Assembly (NCBI GenBank): GCA_024137785.1
Contig: JAHRHZ010000056.1
Location: forward strand, 4,941,931 to 5,005,930
From: Ginglymostoma cirratum
Lineage: Eukaryota
Reading direction: 5' to 3'
Length of the DNA: 64,000 nt
This document shows positions 12,719 to 25,300 of the stretch, in pieces. A program made the translations under genes and the position numbers. A model generated the notes under the pieces. The model was not told where the DNA came from and ran no database searches. It saw only the letters and a list, made by a program, of their open reading frames with translations. Position 1 is the stretch's first letter. The number at the start of each line of letters is the position of its first letter.

Positions 12719-13238
12719 TCTGTGTATAAAGAACGTTCACATGTCCACTGGGGAGAAAGTTCCATGATTTTGACATTGCAAAAACAAAAAAAAAAATGAA
12801 GGCAAAGCAATGTGTTTCTTAAGTAAAAATGTGCATGTCTTAGACGGGAGATTTGCAGTTGCTGGTGTTCCTGAGATATCTGTCGCCTTTGACAGTGGAA
12901 CTCAGCGGTTTGGGAGGTGTTGCCTAAGAAGCTTTACTTAGTTGTTTCCAATTATAGTGGATGTAATGTCTCTATTTTGACATGTGGCTCAATGACAGTA
13001 AATTCCCAGAGACAGATGGGGAAAGGAGGAGAGCTTGTATTCTTCTAATTTCATTACAGTTCTGATTCAAGACCCTACTTTGACCAGCAAGTGTGACTTA
13101 CACAGAATCCAGAGCATTCCAAGAGTCTGATATTTTGGTGATTAACATTTTTTGCTTTTCTGTCTTTTTAACTCAGTATTATTGTCATGACTGGTTAACA
13201 CCCAAGACAGGTTATTCACAAGCATATTAAAGTCATAC

Positions 13239-13418
13239 CTGGGGTCCTTAATAAGGAGAGTCTGAATGAAATCTAAAGCCAAATTGGAGATGCCATCAAA
13301 GATGTCTTCTGAGTAATCGATGTCCACTTTGGAAATATTGAGATACGTGGATTGCTTGTCATCTCCAAGGAAAGGTGAAATGCCTGTCAACATGACATAG
13401 ACCAATACCCCAATACTC
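13239..13418 (-). CDS. stk17al: STK17A-like kinase, coding exon 6 (180 nt)
   Basis: CCAG|G AGT ATT gives [59 protein letters not shown], ending AG|GTATGA. Confidence 0.96.
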
Positions 13419-13964
13419 CTGGAAAAACAACCAACAATAAAGCATAATGGAACTGTCATTCTTCACTTGAAGATGAGCCAATCCTCGAAGAAAACACATG
13501 ACCCACAATAATAATCCTGTCTCCAAATCAGGGTAATGAAGAAGTCAAATAATTCAACATCACTGTTAACACTACAACTTTGGTGGAGGCAATTTCCACT
13601 TGGCTGCAAATGTTAAGTCCATGTGGAAAACCACACTAAAAGGTCAGGAGAAACATGTGACTTGAGTGGTGCATCCATCTTCTGCCAAGGTTATGGCAGG
13701 AAATTGGACGAATGGTATGGAATGTTCAGGAAAATCTGTAATGGAACCTTTTTAATGATGCCAGTTCCTTAACTGACTTCTCATTGTGAAGTGTTGTGCT
13801 TGCAGAGAATTCTGGTCAGGGCATCGAGGGCGTTCAATTTTTGAATTTTCCATCAAGCACTTTGAAGTTTGGGTGCAGTTAGTACAAAAGCATTTGTTAG
13901 TTGAGTGGCTTTGCTATTTTGTTTCTTAATTCACTTACACCCAGGTAAAGCATATAATGTGGGA

Positions 13965-14285
13965 TATGGTAGCCTAGTGGAATACTGACGCTGAGCCTGG
14001 ACTCATTATATGGAGTTAGGAGTTCAAATCCCACCATGGGCAGATAATGATCAATTACTGGATTGTCGTAAAAACCCATTTGGGTCACAACTGTCCTTTA
14101 CAGAAGGAAATCCACCATCCTTACTGAGTGTAATCTACAGTGTGACATCATAATATGGTTGATCCTTAATGGACCAGCAAGCCACTCAGTTGCATTTATG
14201 GCTAAATTCACCACCATTTTTGAGGAACAATTAGAGATAGGCAATAATGTGATGCTCACATCCAGGGGATGACTTAAAAACAAAA
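13965..14285 (+). mobile_element. tRNA-derived SINE related to the 47.4-49.7 kb LINE ends
   Basis: A/B-box-like head tggtagcctagtgg...ggagttcaaatccc, body gtcctttacagaaggaaatccaccatccttact, LINE-like tail. Confidence 0.75.
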
Positions 14286-14437
14286 TACCGACATTCCATT
14301 TTTGGCGACAACCCATGTCCATTGGTATTATATATCTGAGACCAGGTACACTTTGTAAATGATTTTCAATTTGCATATTGGTCAGAAAATACCCCTAAAA
14401 TCTACACCCACCAATACTGCGAGAAAAAAGCACTTAC

Positions 14438-14486
14438 CACATATCTGTCGCTGTTGTGATTGCCTCGTAATTTAGTATTTCAGGAG
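14438..14486 (-). CDS. stk17al: STK17A-like kinase, coding exon 5 (49 nt)
   Basis: CTAG|CT CCT GAA gives (A)PEILNYEAITTATDM(W), ending TG|GTAAGT. Contains the APE and DMW motifs; phases match both neighbours. Confidence 0.95.
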
Positions 14487-14774
14487 CTAGTGGAATTGAA
14501 AACATTATTAGATATCTTGAAAGTTTGATTATCTGTTGTCTATGCATACTTGACTAACTATTTAACACATTTAAGTGGTTTCACTCTGCACAACATGATT
14601 CAATTAACACACAAGAATTAAGTTATTTCTAAACATATTAGCTACTGTAAATGTAACGTATTATGTTGGCTGAATTTTAGGCAAACATACATTATTTTAA
14701 TATTAATTCTTAAAATATACTTTTGCGGACTGGAAACGGTTCTGTGAAGAAATGTGTTGAGAGCTGGCACTTAC

Positions 14775-14901
14775 CTACATACTCTGGGGTGCCCATAATT
14801 TCCCTAATCTCTTCAACACTGTCCACTCTCCTGGATAACCCAAAGTCAACGATCCGGATATTGCCCAATGGATTGCAGCTGGTCAGCAAGATGTTTTGAG
14901 G
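14775..14901 (-). CDS. stk17al: STK17A-like kinase, coding exon 4 (127 nt)
   Basis: CTCAG|[43 protein letters not shown]|GTAAGT. Contains the DFG motif and activation segment. Confidence 0.96.
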
Positions 14902-17699
14902 CTGAGAGGGGGAACAGAACAGAAATAAAGCTCTTGTACGTTATTCACTGATTTTCAGGTTCAGAACATAAATACTGTCAAGAACATAGAACATGGGTTC
15001 TTAAATATACAACTGCTCTACCAAACTATTATATAGTGTGAGCACATTGACATGAATACCATAGACAAAATTTTATCATTTCTGAGTTTATAAAGATTAT
15101 TCGCAAGTAATAAAAGATGGCATAACATCAGACTTAGCAACTTTAATTAGGAAAGTATATTCAAGAGAAATCTATTTATTTCTTTGCTCTCAGAATGTAG
15201 GTAACATTAAAAGTCACACTTATTGCCCATCTCGAGTGACCCTGCATTTTTAAAAATAAATGCATACCTTGGCAGACAACTTCAGACAGCATTAGGAGTC
15301 AATCAAAAGTCATGGGCTAGAGTTGCAAGTAAGCCAAAGAGGCTAGTGTGCCCTTTTCCCTTACCAGTGAAATATTAGTGAACAAGTTTGGCTTTTATAA
15401 CAATTCAGCAACTTTACATCATCATTTCCCTTCTGCTGCAGAGAATCAAAGCATCACACAACACAGGAGGAAGCCATTCTGCCCAATGCACTCATTTTTA
15501 ATCTTTCCAGTTAGACCCACTCCCCTGTTCTTTCTGCATCTAATTTTTTGTCCACTTTATTTTTATTTCGAAAATTATTTCTGGACTTCCTTTTTTCACT
15601 CTTTCAGGCAGTAGGCTACAGATCACTAGAACTCACTATTCTGAATAAAAAAGGTATTTCGCCTCTGCTTCTTTTGCTGGTTATCAGATTTACAGACTGA
15701 ATTTCACAACTTGTTCTTGAGATTTGGGCTGCTGGTCCAGTCTTGTAACCCATAGAGTATCAAGGGCATCTTAACAAAAGAGCCTCAGTTCAAAGTGAAT
15801 TTATAATTACAAACAGAGCAGTGAAAGACTGGGTAAAGTGTGCTAGACACTGATTGAACTGGATCGTACGAGAGCAACGATGACAAAGTGCTTTGTCAAC
15901 GACAAACTTGATGCGTATTGACAATTATTTGTGTTTCAGGGAGCACATTCTTCATGAACAAAATGTTTGGAAATTCTTTTGTTGTTTACTACCTCAATGT
16001 GATGTTGCAAGCTTCATTGGAAACAAAAGATTGTGCTACTTATGTCTCATGTAATCACGGTCAAAATGATCAATATTCCTTCTGGATCTTTTGTCGTCCT
16101 GGAATTATGAAATTTTATATTTTGGGAGAATTAATAGAATAGGCTGCAGTGAAAACAAAAATGTCCTGAGGATCCAGCATAGGATGTTAACAAAATAGAG
16201 AAGTACATGCAAGTTGAAAGATCAGAACCCCAAAGCCACTGACAACGTCTCGTGAATTTCCACTTTGCATATGATGGTGTTGCGTATGTTAATTACACCA
16301 TAATGCAGTTCTACTTTACTCGAAAGAGACCTGAATCTGACCCATTAGTTCAGGGCATTGCAGACTATAGGTCGTGGCCCTCACTGGGGTTGTGAAGTGA
16401 CATTTTGCGGTCGAGAGTTCCAAGGCAGCCATGGCTACTGCGACCTCGACCAAGAATTAACAGCTGTGAGGTCTATTTAAATCCTCGCCTCTTTTTAAAA
16501 AAATTCACGGGACAACAGATCAATTTTTGAGGTTGGATTCCTGTTCCACAAAACTAGTGAAAGATAGGGTTGCAAAAAATAAAATGTCCGAGGGTCAAGC
16601 ATCTTGTCTTCCTTCCACATCGCAACTCTCAATCCTCTCTCGCAATTTTCAAGCTTCGAAATGGACTCTCAGTTGGTAAGCATTTTGAAAGCACTGCTCT
16701 ACTTCATTTGGAACATCTGAATAGGATATGAATTCACAGTCAGTCTTTCACTCATTCGGACCCTATGCTGTTTGCTGTCAAGGTGAATTTTCTTCAACTA
16801 ATGACGGTCAAATAAAGTAAAAACAGTCACAATAGAATTAAATTCCTAATTTAGATTAAATTCCAGGTCTCTTGTCAATTTTAAACTAACATGAATAAAA
16901 AGTCATTCTTAATTGCAGCAATACAAATAACATGTAATGAGCCAAGATAGGAAAACAAATGGTCTATTGTTGACTCCTGTATGCTGCATCCAAACTGCTG
17001 ACCAGTCAAGACTTGCACATGTACAAGCAGTTGCTGAACAGTTACCACTAACAAAAAAAAACCAAGGAATCAGCAGGTAATTACAATCTGGCAAGTATCC
17101 CATGGCATCTCAGGTAAAATTCACAATCCACTTAGCCATAGATGAAATGATATGAGCAGGCAGCAATCTTGTAAAGTTAGAGAGAGTCAATGTGGCGTCT
17201 TGTTGTACAAATGTTTCATAATGTATCATAATGTAGATAGTTAAATCTATCAATTAAGTAACATGTACAAGCAGGTACACTTTCAAGCCTTGATTGATAC
17301 ACACATGTAATCCCATAATATGATGTTGTGGGTTGATGTCCACGTTACATAAACTTAACCAACATCATGTCGGTATTCACCACAAAGTCTGGACAGCAAC
17401 ACCTGCCCTTAAAGTGTCGATAATTCTCAGATGTATATCAAGAGACTTCCTAAACAATGCCTTAATCTCAGCAGCTTTTAAATTGCCGGAATGGGTTCCT
17501 GTCTTCTTTGGTACAGCCCAAGCAAGAATCATGCAAAAACACATCAACTATTTGCATAATTGCACGTAAAGGTGCAGAGGTGACAATTTTACTCAAACCA
17601 CAGAATCAGCGCCTGTGCTTTCTGGTTGTTCAGAATTGGCAGCAATGAACCCTAGATATCAAATTAATCCAAGTTTAATATGCTGAGGAACAGCCTTAC

Positions 17700-17844
17700 C
17701 TTTAGGTCTAGATGCACTATATTATTCCGATGCAAGTAGGAGACTCCATCTAGGATCTGACGCACAAGACGAATGACATCTTTCTCTTTGAAGGCCTCAT
17801 CTTTATCAGCAACACACTGGTTAAAGATTTCTCCACCTGCAGCA
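17700..17844 (-). CDS. stk17al: STK17A-like kinase, coding exon 3 (145 nt)
   Basis: TTACAG|T GCT GCA gives (Y)[48 protein letters not shown]|GTAAGG. Contains the catalytic loop HLDLK. Not in the ORF track; read manually. Confidence 0.96.
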
Positions 17845-19997
17845 CTGTAAATGGGGTAGAGTAATCATTACTAAGTGAACGAAGCAAGATCTAATATGGA
17901 AGGTATTAGGAGCATTTTTCACAACCATACCATCCTCCCCCCATAAGGGATTCAAAATTCCTTATGTACAGCACAGATACTGAAATGCTTTGATGCCAAC
18001 TTAATATGAAGTACTGAATGTTTATCACTAGTTAAGTCACTCTTAAACTTAAAGTAGGTTAGTAAACTTGGCAAAGGAGTTATTTTTTGATTCTCCAAGG
18101 TGGGATGTCTGATTCTGATATAAGCACACAATATTTCTCTACCCACTGTGTAAACCTGTGAACATCACTGATACAGCAGCATCCTGTCAACATACTAAAC
18201 ATCTAGTGTCATAAACAGTAAATGCCAGGCTTAGATGCGTTAGCACACAGAACAGTGACAAAGGTGTATTTTACTTCATCAATGGAAAACAAGCCACACC
18301 CTGCACTTTAAAATGTGGATGTGGAAAAACTGTCACACCTTACACTCCCCATGACGCTAACTGTTCCATTTAAGCAAAAGATGTATCGCCACAAACATTG
18401 TTCAACTACCTTGCGATTACTGGAGTGGGCAAAACTATTTTAATGAACATTGAAAAGTTTATCTCCATTGGGGGAAGGGTACAGAAGCAATTTGTAGAAC
18501 TATGTTTTTGCGAACTATTAAACAGGTGAGTACTTAAATATACTCTTCAAGGCCATGATCGTAGCTACTTCCACTCCATCAATGATACAAAATTTTGAAT
18601 AAAATAACTGAAGACAAGTAGTACATCCTGAAAGACAGGGTCTGAATCATCCATCAGTATTTGTGCAAGCAAATAGTGCATTTCTTTTTCAGGAATTATT
18701 ATTTGTAACTGATTTTATTCAATTTATTGGTGTTGTTCTGTAAAGTGCCTCAAGCTGTTATCCAATATTTTGCTTTGCTTGAATTACCAACTAACTACTG
18801 TGAAACAAAAGACTTCTGTAAATTTTTGCTTTCTCTTGTATGTTCTCTTCTCTTTCACTCACCCTGACAAACCCTCCCCCTACACAATGAACGATGGAGA
18901 ACTTCAGAAATTTTGATTACTCTGGCCAACAATGACAACTATATATCTGAAGGCCACACAGACATAAGATGCACATTCTAAAATACTTCAGGCAAAATTT
19001 AAGAAACAAGACATTTTCATGGGAACATCAAAATAGGGGAAAGAGGGTTATTTTTATTTTGATTATAGACTGATTACGTTCCTTCCGAATTGCTTGGCAG
19101 CTACTAGAGGAATTTTTAAAAGTTCTGCAAGATTAGTATAATGATAGGTAATTATACATATGCCTTATTGAAGGAATTAAGGCGTTTGCTAATGCATGCC
19201 ATGGTCAAAAAAGGCAATATCCTACTCCATTAGCGACTGATAATCTATTTCCTTTCTAGTGTAGAAAAGAAAGTGTCCACCCTTTTAAACCTTCCACTCC
19301 AGTTTGAAACCAATGACCCGATTGCCTGTGGTCCACACAGTTATTAGAACGGGTTAGATAAAAAGGTGTTGAGGCATTCCGTCAGCTAATACCGTGTTAA
19401 ATAGCACGGCAGGCTCAAATGGCTGAATGGCCTACTCCTGTTCCAATGTTCCTAGGACACAAAAGTCTTCCAGAAGTTTAAATATGCTAATAGTGACAGT
19501 GATAGATACATGGACAATGCACTTTTAGTGATGTGGCAAATTTCAAATCTGACTTACTGATCTCAGTTCTCTTGGCCCTTTGGATCAACTTGACATTGAT
19601 AACTGAATGGTCAATAATGCTAGCTGAACAAATGCAGACCATCACATCGTGTAACAGGTGGAAATGGAAAACTTTTTGTTTTAATCACGAGCATCTTGAT
19701 TAACTGTTAAATTGTACATCAAAATCAAGATCAGTGCAATGCTGTAAAAATTAGACAAGCTAACCTTTTTGATGTTTTCTTTATCCAAAAGGAGTTTTAA
19801 CAATTTGCAACATACCATTAACCTAAATACATGCAAAATGCTCATCTTGATATTAACAGGAAGTCAGTCCAGTAATTTTGATGTTAAGATAAGCTAAGGC
19901 AAGATACAGACGTCTTTTTGCAGAATGTGGTCTCTTTCTTCACCTGCAAACAGGTAGACACACCCATCCAGAATTCAAACCACATCACTGTGACAGC

Positions 19998-20457
19998 GAT
20001 GGCTTGGTTGGCAGCATTCTCATGTCAGAGTAAGAGGGTTTTGGGTACAGGTCCAGTGTTACAGCTTGAACACAAACATCAAAGTTGACACTCTCATGCT
20101 CTTCTGACAGTACTGCATGTTGTTCATGCCCGGTTTTAAACGAGAGGGTTAACAGAGGCCAAATTATCTCTCACTCCACATTCCCAAAATCAGGTAAGAG
20201 ATCTTCAGCACTATTTTCAAAGAAGAGTAGTTATCCCTGAAGTCCTGGCCAATACTTATCCCTCAAACAACAACAAAAGCAAACTATCTGGTCATTATCA
20301 CAGAGCCGTTTGAGGAGCTTGCTTTGCACAAAGTGGATACTGCAAATCCTATACTGGAACAGCGACGATACTTCAAAAAGTACTATGTTGACCATAAAGT
20401 GCTTTGGGATGGTGTGCATATTCATGAATGGTGCTGCATAAATGCGAGTCTTTCTTC
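19998..20457 (+). mobile_element. Deu-domain SINE (SacSINE1/AmnSINE-like)
   Basis: tRNA-like head, then cactattttcaaagaagagtag...gtcctggccaatacttatccctcaa...tatctggtcattatcaca, with tail ataaatgcgagtctttc. Decayed relatives at ~2160-2470, 21400-21640 (minus) and 32050-32310 (minus). Confidence 0.7.
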
Positions 20458-21907
20458 AACTCACAACAAGCAAGTAGCCTTCAAATGGCTTAGACTGACA
20501 ATTTGGGCATTCAAATCTTATCCAGCATGAATGGCCAACTTGGTGTGACCCAGCTGTTAAGACCCACAGAGATGGATTATTTTGTTGGTGACGACTGAGC
20601 CATGGCAACTTCCATGTTGCAGTCCCTGGGTCGGTGTGCTGGGAAACTGGCAGTGGGGGAGGTGGGGGGGGAATATTCAGGCAACAGAAGCCGCTTGAAA
20701 CTAAAGGAATGTCACCTGTTCGAAAACGTGATTTCACATCTTTGCAACAAAAATGGTGTTAGGTGCTCTTGCATTTTTAGAATTTCTCCCGGTTATTGTT
20801 TCAATTTAATTCAGCACATCTGTCCATTGCAGTGATTCAGTGAATCCATTTCTCAATTTTATAACCTCCAAGGAATGACCATATGTATTTATTTATGGTC
20901 TGGAGATAAGAACAGCCTGTTGTCAGGCAGACAGACTTGAATTTATATCACACTTTTTGCAGCCAGAACGCAAAATGAAAATCACTTTTGAAGTACGTTC
21001 TCGGTTTTAGATGTAGCAAGTGTAACAGCATGCTCCCTCAAGTAGCAATGACCAAATAATCTGCTTTTGTGGTGACTGAGCGAGCAGTGAGTGACTTCAC
21101 AGTGTACACTTTTTGCAGCAAACCTTTGCTAAGGAATTTGATTATCATGGAGGAAAGGTTCGTATTGCTGTCTCCACTTCCTTGATTGTCTTTTGCATGA
21201 TCCCAGAGGCAAGGATGATCCAAGATGTCCGGGTAGCTGGTCACGCACAGCGGACACCCCGTATTGGCTGTTTCATTGCTTTTGCCCTTTACCACAATTC
21301 ACTGAGAGTTGCTGATCGTGGCTTATACCATGACATCTCCATGGGGCATGGTGAGATAAACCCCAAGTCACCAGAGGGATTGAACCAGTGCTGTCAGCTC
21401 TTTAAAAAATTGAGCCAATTAGCTGTAGGGATCAATGTTGGCCAGGATACCTAGGGCACCTTTCTCTTCTTCAAAATGGTGCCAAAGGGACGTTTTATAT
21501 TCACTCATGAGGTCAGAGGGAGCCAAAAGATGGCGCCTTCAACACACTGTACTTTGATTTTAGTGCTAATATCCTGGATTGGGACTTGAACTCTCAACTT
21601 TCTGACTGAGGGGTTAGTTTGAGACCAACTGTGCCACAATTACACTCACACTCCTCTGACTGTCTCTCCTGTGTCCTTCTAAGCTAAAACATTCTAACCC
21701 ACAGGATCCACATCCTAAATGTACTGAAATCTGGGTCCATTCCATAATCTTCTGCTCAAAACTGGGGAACTCTATATATCCCACAGTCTTCCTTTCCTCA
21801 AGCTCCTTAAAACCCAGTCATTGAACACTATTGCCCAATTTATGCTGTCCTTGTTTTATTACTAGCTTGGCCATGTCTTTGCTCTACATGAACCTTGAAA
21901 ACTTGAA

Positions 21908-22127
21908 CAAAACCAAAATTGCTAGAAAAGTTCAGCAGGCCTGGCAGCATCTGTGAAGGAAAAAATAGAGTTAACGTTTCAGGTCCGGTGACCCTTCCTC
22001 AGTCATTGGATCCGAAATGTTAACGCTGTTTTTTTTTCCTTCACAGATGCTGCCAGACCTGCTGAGCTTTTCCAGCAACTTTGTTTTTGTTCCTGATTTA
22101 CCGCATCCACAGTTCTTCTGGTTTTTA
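21908..22127. mobile_element. Penelope-like fold-back element with TSD and hammerhead core
   Basis: ~80-bp inverted arms (~21909-21992 / ~22002-22090). Flanking direct repeat ttgaaaa(c/t)ttgaa at 21895-21907 and 22128-22140. Minus-strand CTGAGGA-AGGGTCACCGGACCT-GAAACGTT at 22002-21973. Confidence 0.75.
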
Positions 22128-24784
22128 TTGAAAATTTGAAATTGGCTTCTCACTGAATAAAAATATAAATTTGTCATCTGTCCAGTTCCTCACTTGAAGG
22201 CAGGAGGTATATCAGCTTTCCTGATACATGATTGATTTTTTAAGATCTGTATCTCAACACTGCATGGCACAGTACACCAGTAACCCAGCATGGAATTCAA
22301 CCAGTCTAGTTCCATCTATTTTCCAGTTTCAGATTCTTTACATAAAAAGGGAGCAACTCCCCCAGGAAATAGGCCTAAATTGAAGAAAAATACCACAAAG
22401 TGGTTGCACTGAGGAAGACTAACAAACTTCAGGGGGGAGAAAAGTAGTTAATTATAGTTTAAGAAAAGAGCTTTCATAAAATATTTCAACAGGATAAAGT
22501 TGCAGGCAATATTAAACTCTGTTGCCTGCCATCAAAAAATCAAAAGCACTGCAGATCTTTAGTTCTTATTTTTTTTGGCTGTGGTTTTTGCTCAGATATA
22601 GCTTATCCTGAAATACAGGCTCTCGTTTGTGCAGGGTATTAAAAGATTATTAATCTGCTACCAAGCTGATATAAGTAGGATGTTTACCCAAGGCAGAATT
22701 CCTTGAACATTTCATTGGTTGATACGTTGCCATCTTTGTTGACTCAGGAATGTGCAGTCTGCGGTATTATAGGCATCTATCTTCGACTTTTAACTTCAGT
22801 CACAAGCAGATTATGTCTTGACAGTCACTGACAAAGGGTTTGTGGGCCTGTGTTTCTGCAGCTATCTAGATATTGCAGAGATCTCTCTCAGGGAAAGAGT
22901 GGTGTAGCTTTCAAAAGGCTGGGAATCAGTTAGCAGTTGGAATGCAGTTTAAGTCAAGCAAAAGCAGACCACAGGTTTCTATTTGACCTACTCAGCAGGA
23001 AACAATTCTTATTCCAAAGGCAGTGAAATTATCCCATGAGGTTAGCAGTAATAAATGGCTATGTATTAATACAAAATTCTTCCTTCTGATCTCTAGTGGT
23101 GACATTTGTTCACTCAACAGATTAACACCATGGCCAATAGCAGAAGGAAACCAGGCTTTCTGGCAAACATACTGCATGTTAATTCTGTAATGTGGCCAAT
23201 AAGGTGTGACCAACTTTCCTCACTGGCTGAGTTTATCATGTTCTGAGCTGGCTCATTAGCTGGAGTCCTGACTGACTGTGTCCTTATGTGAAGTACAAAT
23301 CAAGAGCTGCACAAAATTGCACTAATTACACTTTGTGTAGTTAGAGGAGATAGCTGCTGTGAACGTACGTCTTAGTGACTTAGAAAAACAAACATTGTGG
23401 ATTAGATAACAAGGTCATTTCTTGTCGTAATGTTCAAATCCACTCCTTCCTCACCCCCAACGCACCCACTGTCTGACTGTAAACAGTCAACAAAAACAAC
23501 AAACAGGGCACCACTAGAGACTGGTGTTTCCAAAATAAATACAAGTGAGTGAGGCCACTTGGTGCACATCAGTTTACACATCCAGAAAAATTATTACACT
23601 GGTCTGCTCTCTGCTATCTACTCAAATGGGAAAGAAGATTGCTGTCGTCACCATCAAATCTATACAATGATTCTGAATCTTCAAAACTCTTTGCATGGAG
23701 AAGCTTCCCTTGGCATTTACCTTAGCATGTAACTCAACACGAGTTAGACCAACATGGGAGGATGAATGCTAGCCATAAACAGTCAAAACTGCAGGAGAAA
23801 TTTAGCCAGTAGTAATAGTGTGCTTTGACTATCAGACTGTCAAAACAATGGCTCTGAATTGGATAGAAGGAGTTACAGAATATATTGGTTTTAATAGTAC
23901 TGCAATGTATTGTGGCTTCTGTAGGTGGAAACTGCTGAACGCAAACACAAGACTGGAGAAAAAGAGAGAGTACACTTGGCCTTTGCAACTTAATTTATTA
24001 TCCAATGCTGCTTCAAGACCCAATGTGATGAATTCTTTAACTTTCATCTGTAAATATCAATGCATCTAGGAACTTTACACTGACCCAACCAACTCACTGA
24101 ACTTTCGTCATAAACAAGCAAATTTTCTAACAAGATTCTCTTTCGTGAATTATACATCAGACACCAGACAGCCTCATAATTCCAGCACAGAATTATTATC
24201 CAAGCACAAAAGTTACTAGGTGAAAATGATTTTAAAGAAATGGCGTTTATGCAATTGTTGAAAGCCAAAACAGATGCAAACTTCTGGTTAATTTTAGCAA
24301 CGTTACAGCAAAATGAGAAGAAAATAGCATTGTTATTTTCAAATGCTATCTGCTCATTTAAGAATAATTAACTAGATCGTATGTTACTTCTCTCTCTGTC
24401 TGTCTGTCTGTCTCTTTCTCTTTCTCTCTGCACCCCTTCCCCACAGCCCCCTCCCCACCCCATAAGATTATCAGAACCTCATCAATGGTAACGTTTGTGA
24501 TATTGCTAGCCTAGAAATCTGACCTTGGACATGGACATTTACTCATAATGCAGAGAGATCACTTTAACTATCAACTACCAAGCCAAGACCTGTGAGTGGA
24601 AGCAGCAAACAGAAATCAAACATTACAGAATGGTCAAAAATAGTCTACTTCACTTCCTCAAAGAAATTAGCTATCGTTAATTATAGACACCACTTCCTTT
24701 CTAATCAAAGGTGCAAATTAACTCGCTCAGCAATAGCCCTTACAAATGCATGTTAGAACCTTTTATTTTGTTAAAAGTATTCCA

Positions 24785-25300
24785 TGTCCATATGCAGCAA
24801 GATCCAATCAATGCCCAGGATTGGGCTGATAAATGTGCAAATAACATTTGCACAAGTACCAGACAACGAATATCACCAATGAGAGAATCTATCCTGCACC
24901 TCTTGATATTCATTGGCATCACTATTACTGAATATCCCACTATCAACATCCTGGGGGTTACCATTAACCACAGAATGAACTGCACTGGCTATATAAATAC
25001 GGTGGCTACAAGTTCAAGACACAGATTAGGAACCTTGCCGTGCGTAACTCACCTCCTGATTCTCCAAAGCGTGTCCATCATCTACAAGGCTAAAGACAGG
25101 AATGTGAAGAAGTACTCCACACTTGTCTGGATGAGTGTAGCTTAGCAACTCTCAAGAAAACTGACACCAGCCTGCTTCATTGGTAGCCCATCTAACACTT
25201 TCAACATTCAATCCCAGTGCACAATGGCAGCAGTCTGTACAATCTATAACAGGCACTACAATAACGTACTAAGACTCGATTAACAATGCCTTCCAAACCT
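24785..25300 (+). mobile_element. CR1-clade LINE 3' fragment
   Basis: QQDPINAQDWADK...TINILGVTI...IYKAKDRNVKKYSTLVWMS resembles degenerate LINE RT C-terminus. An oppositely oriented fragment of related sequence follows at ~25305-25600. Confidence 0.8.

Noticed and set aside
13142-13238. Open-frame extension of exon 6 into the intron as an alternative C-terminus
   Set aside because: A good donor (AG|GTATGA) exists at 13238, and read-through would lose kinase subdomain XI. Nothing else supports it.
21038-21454. GC-balanced patch with overlapping ORFs in intron 2
   Set aside because: I recognise no domain or convincing splice sites, and the 3' part runs into a SINE.
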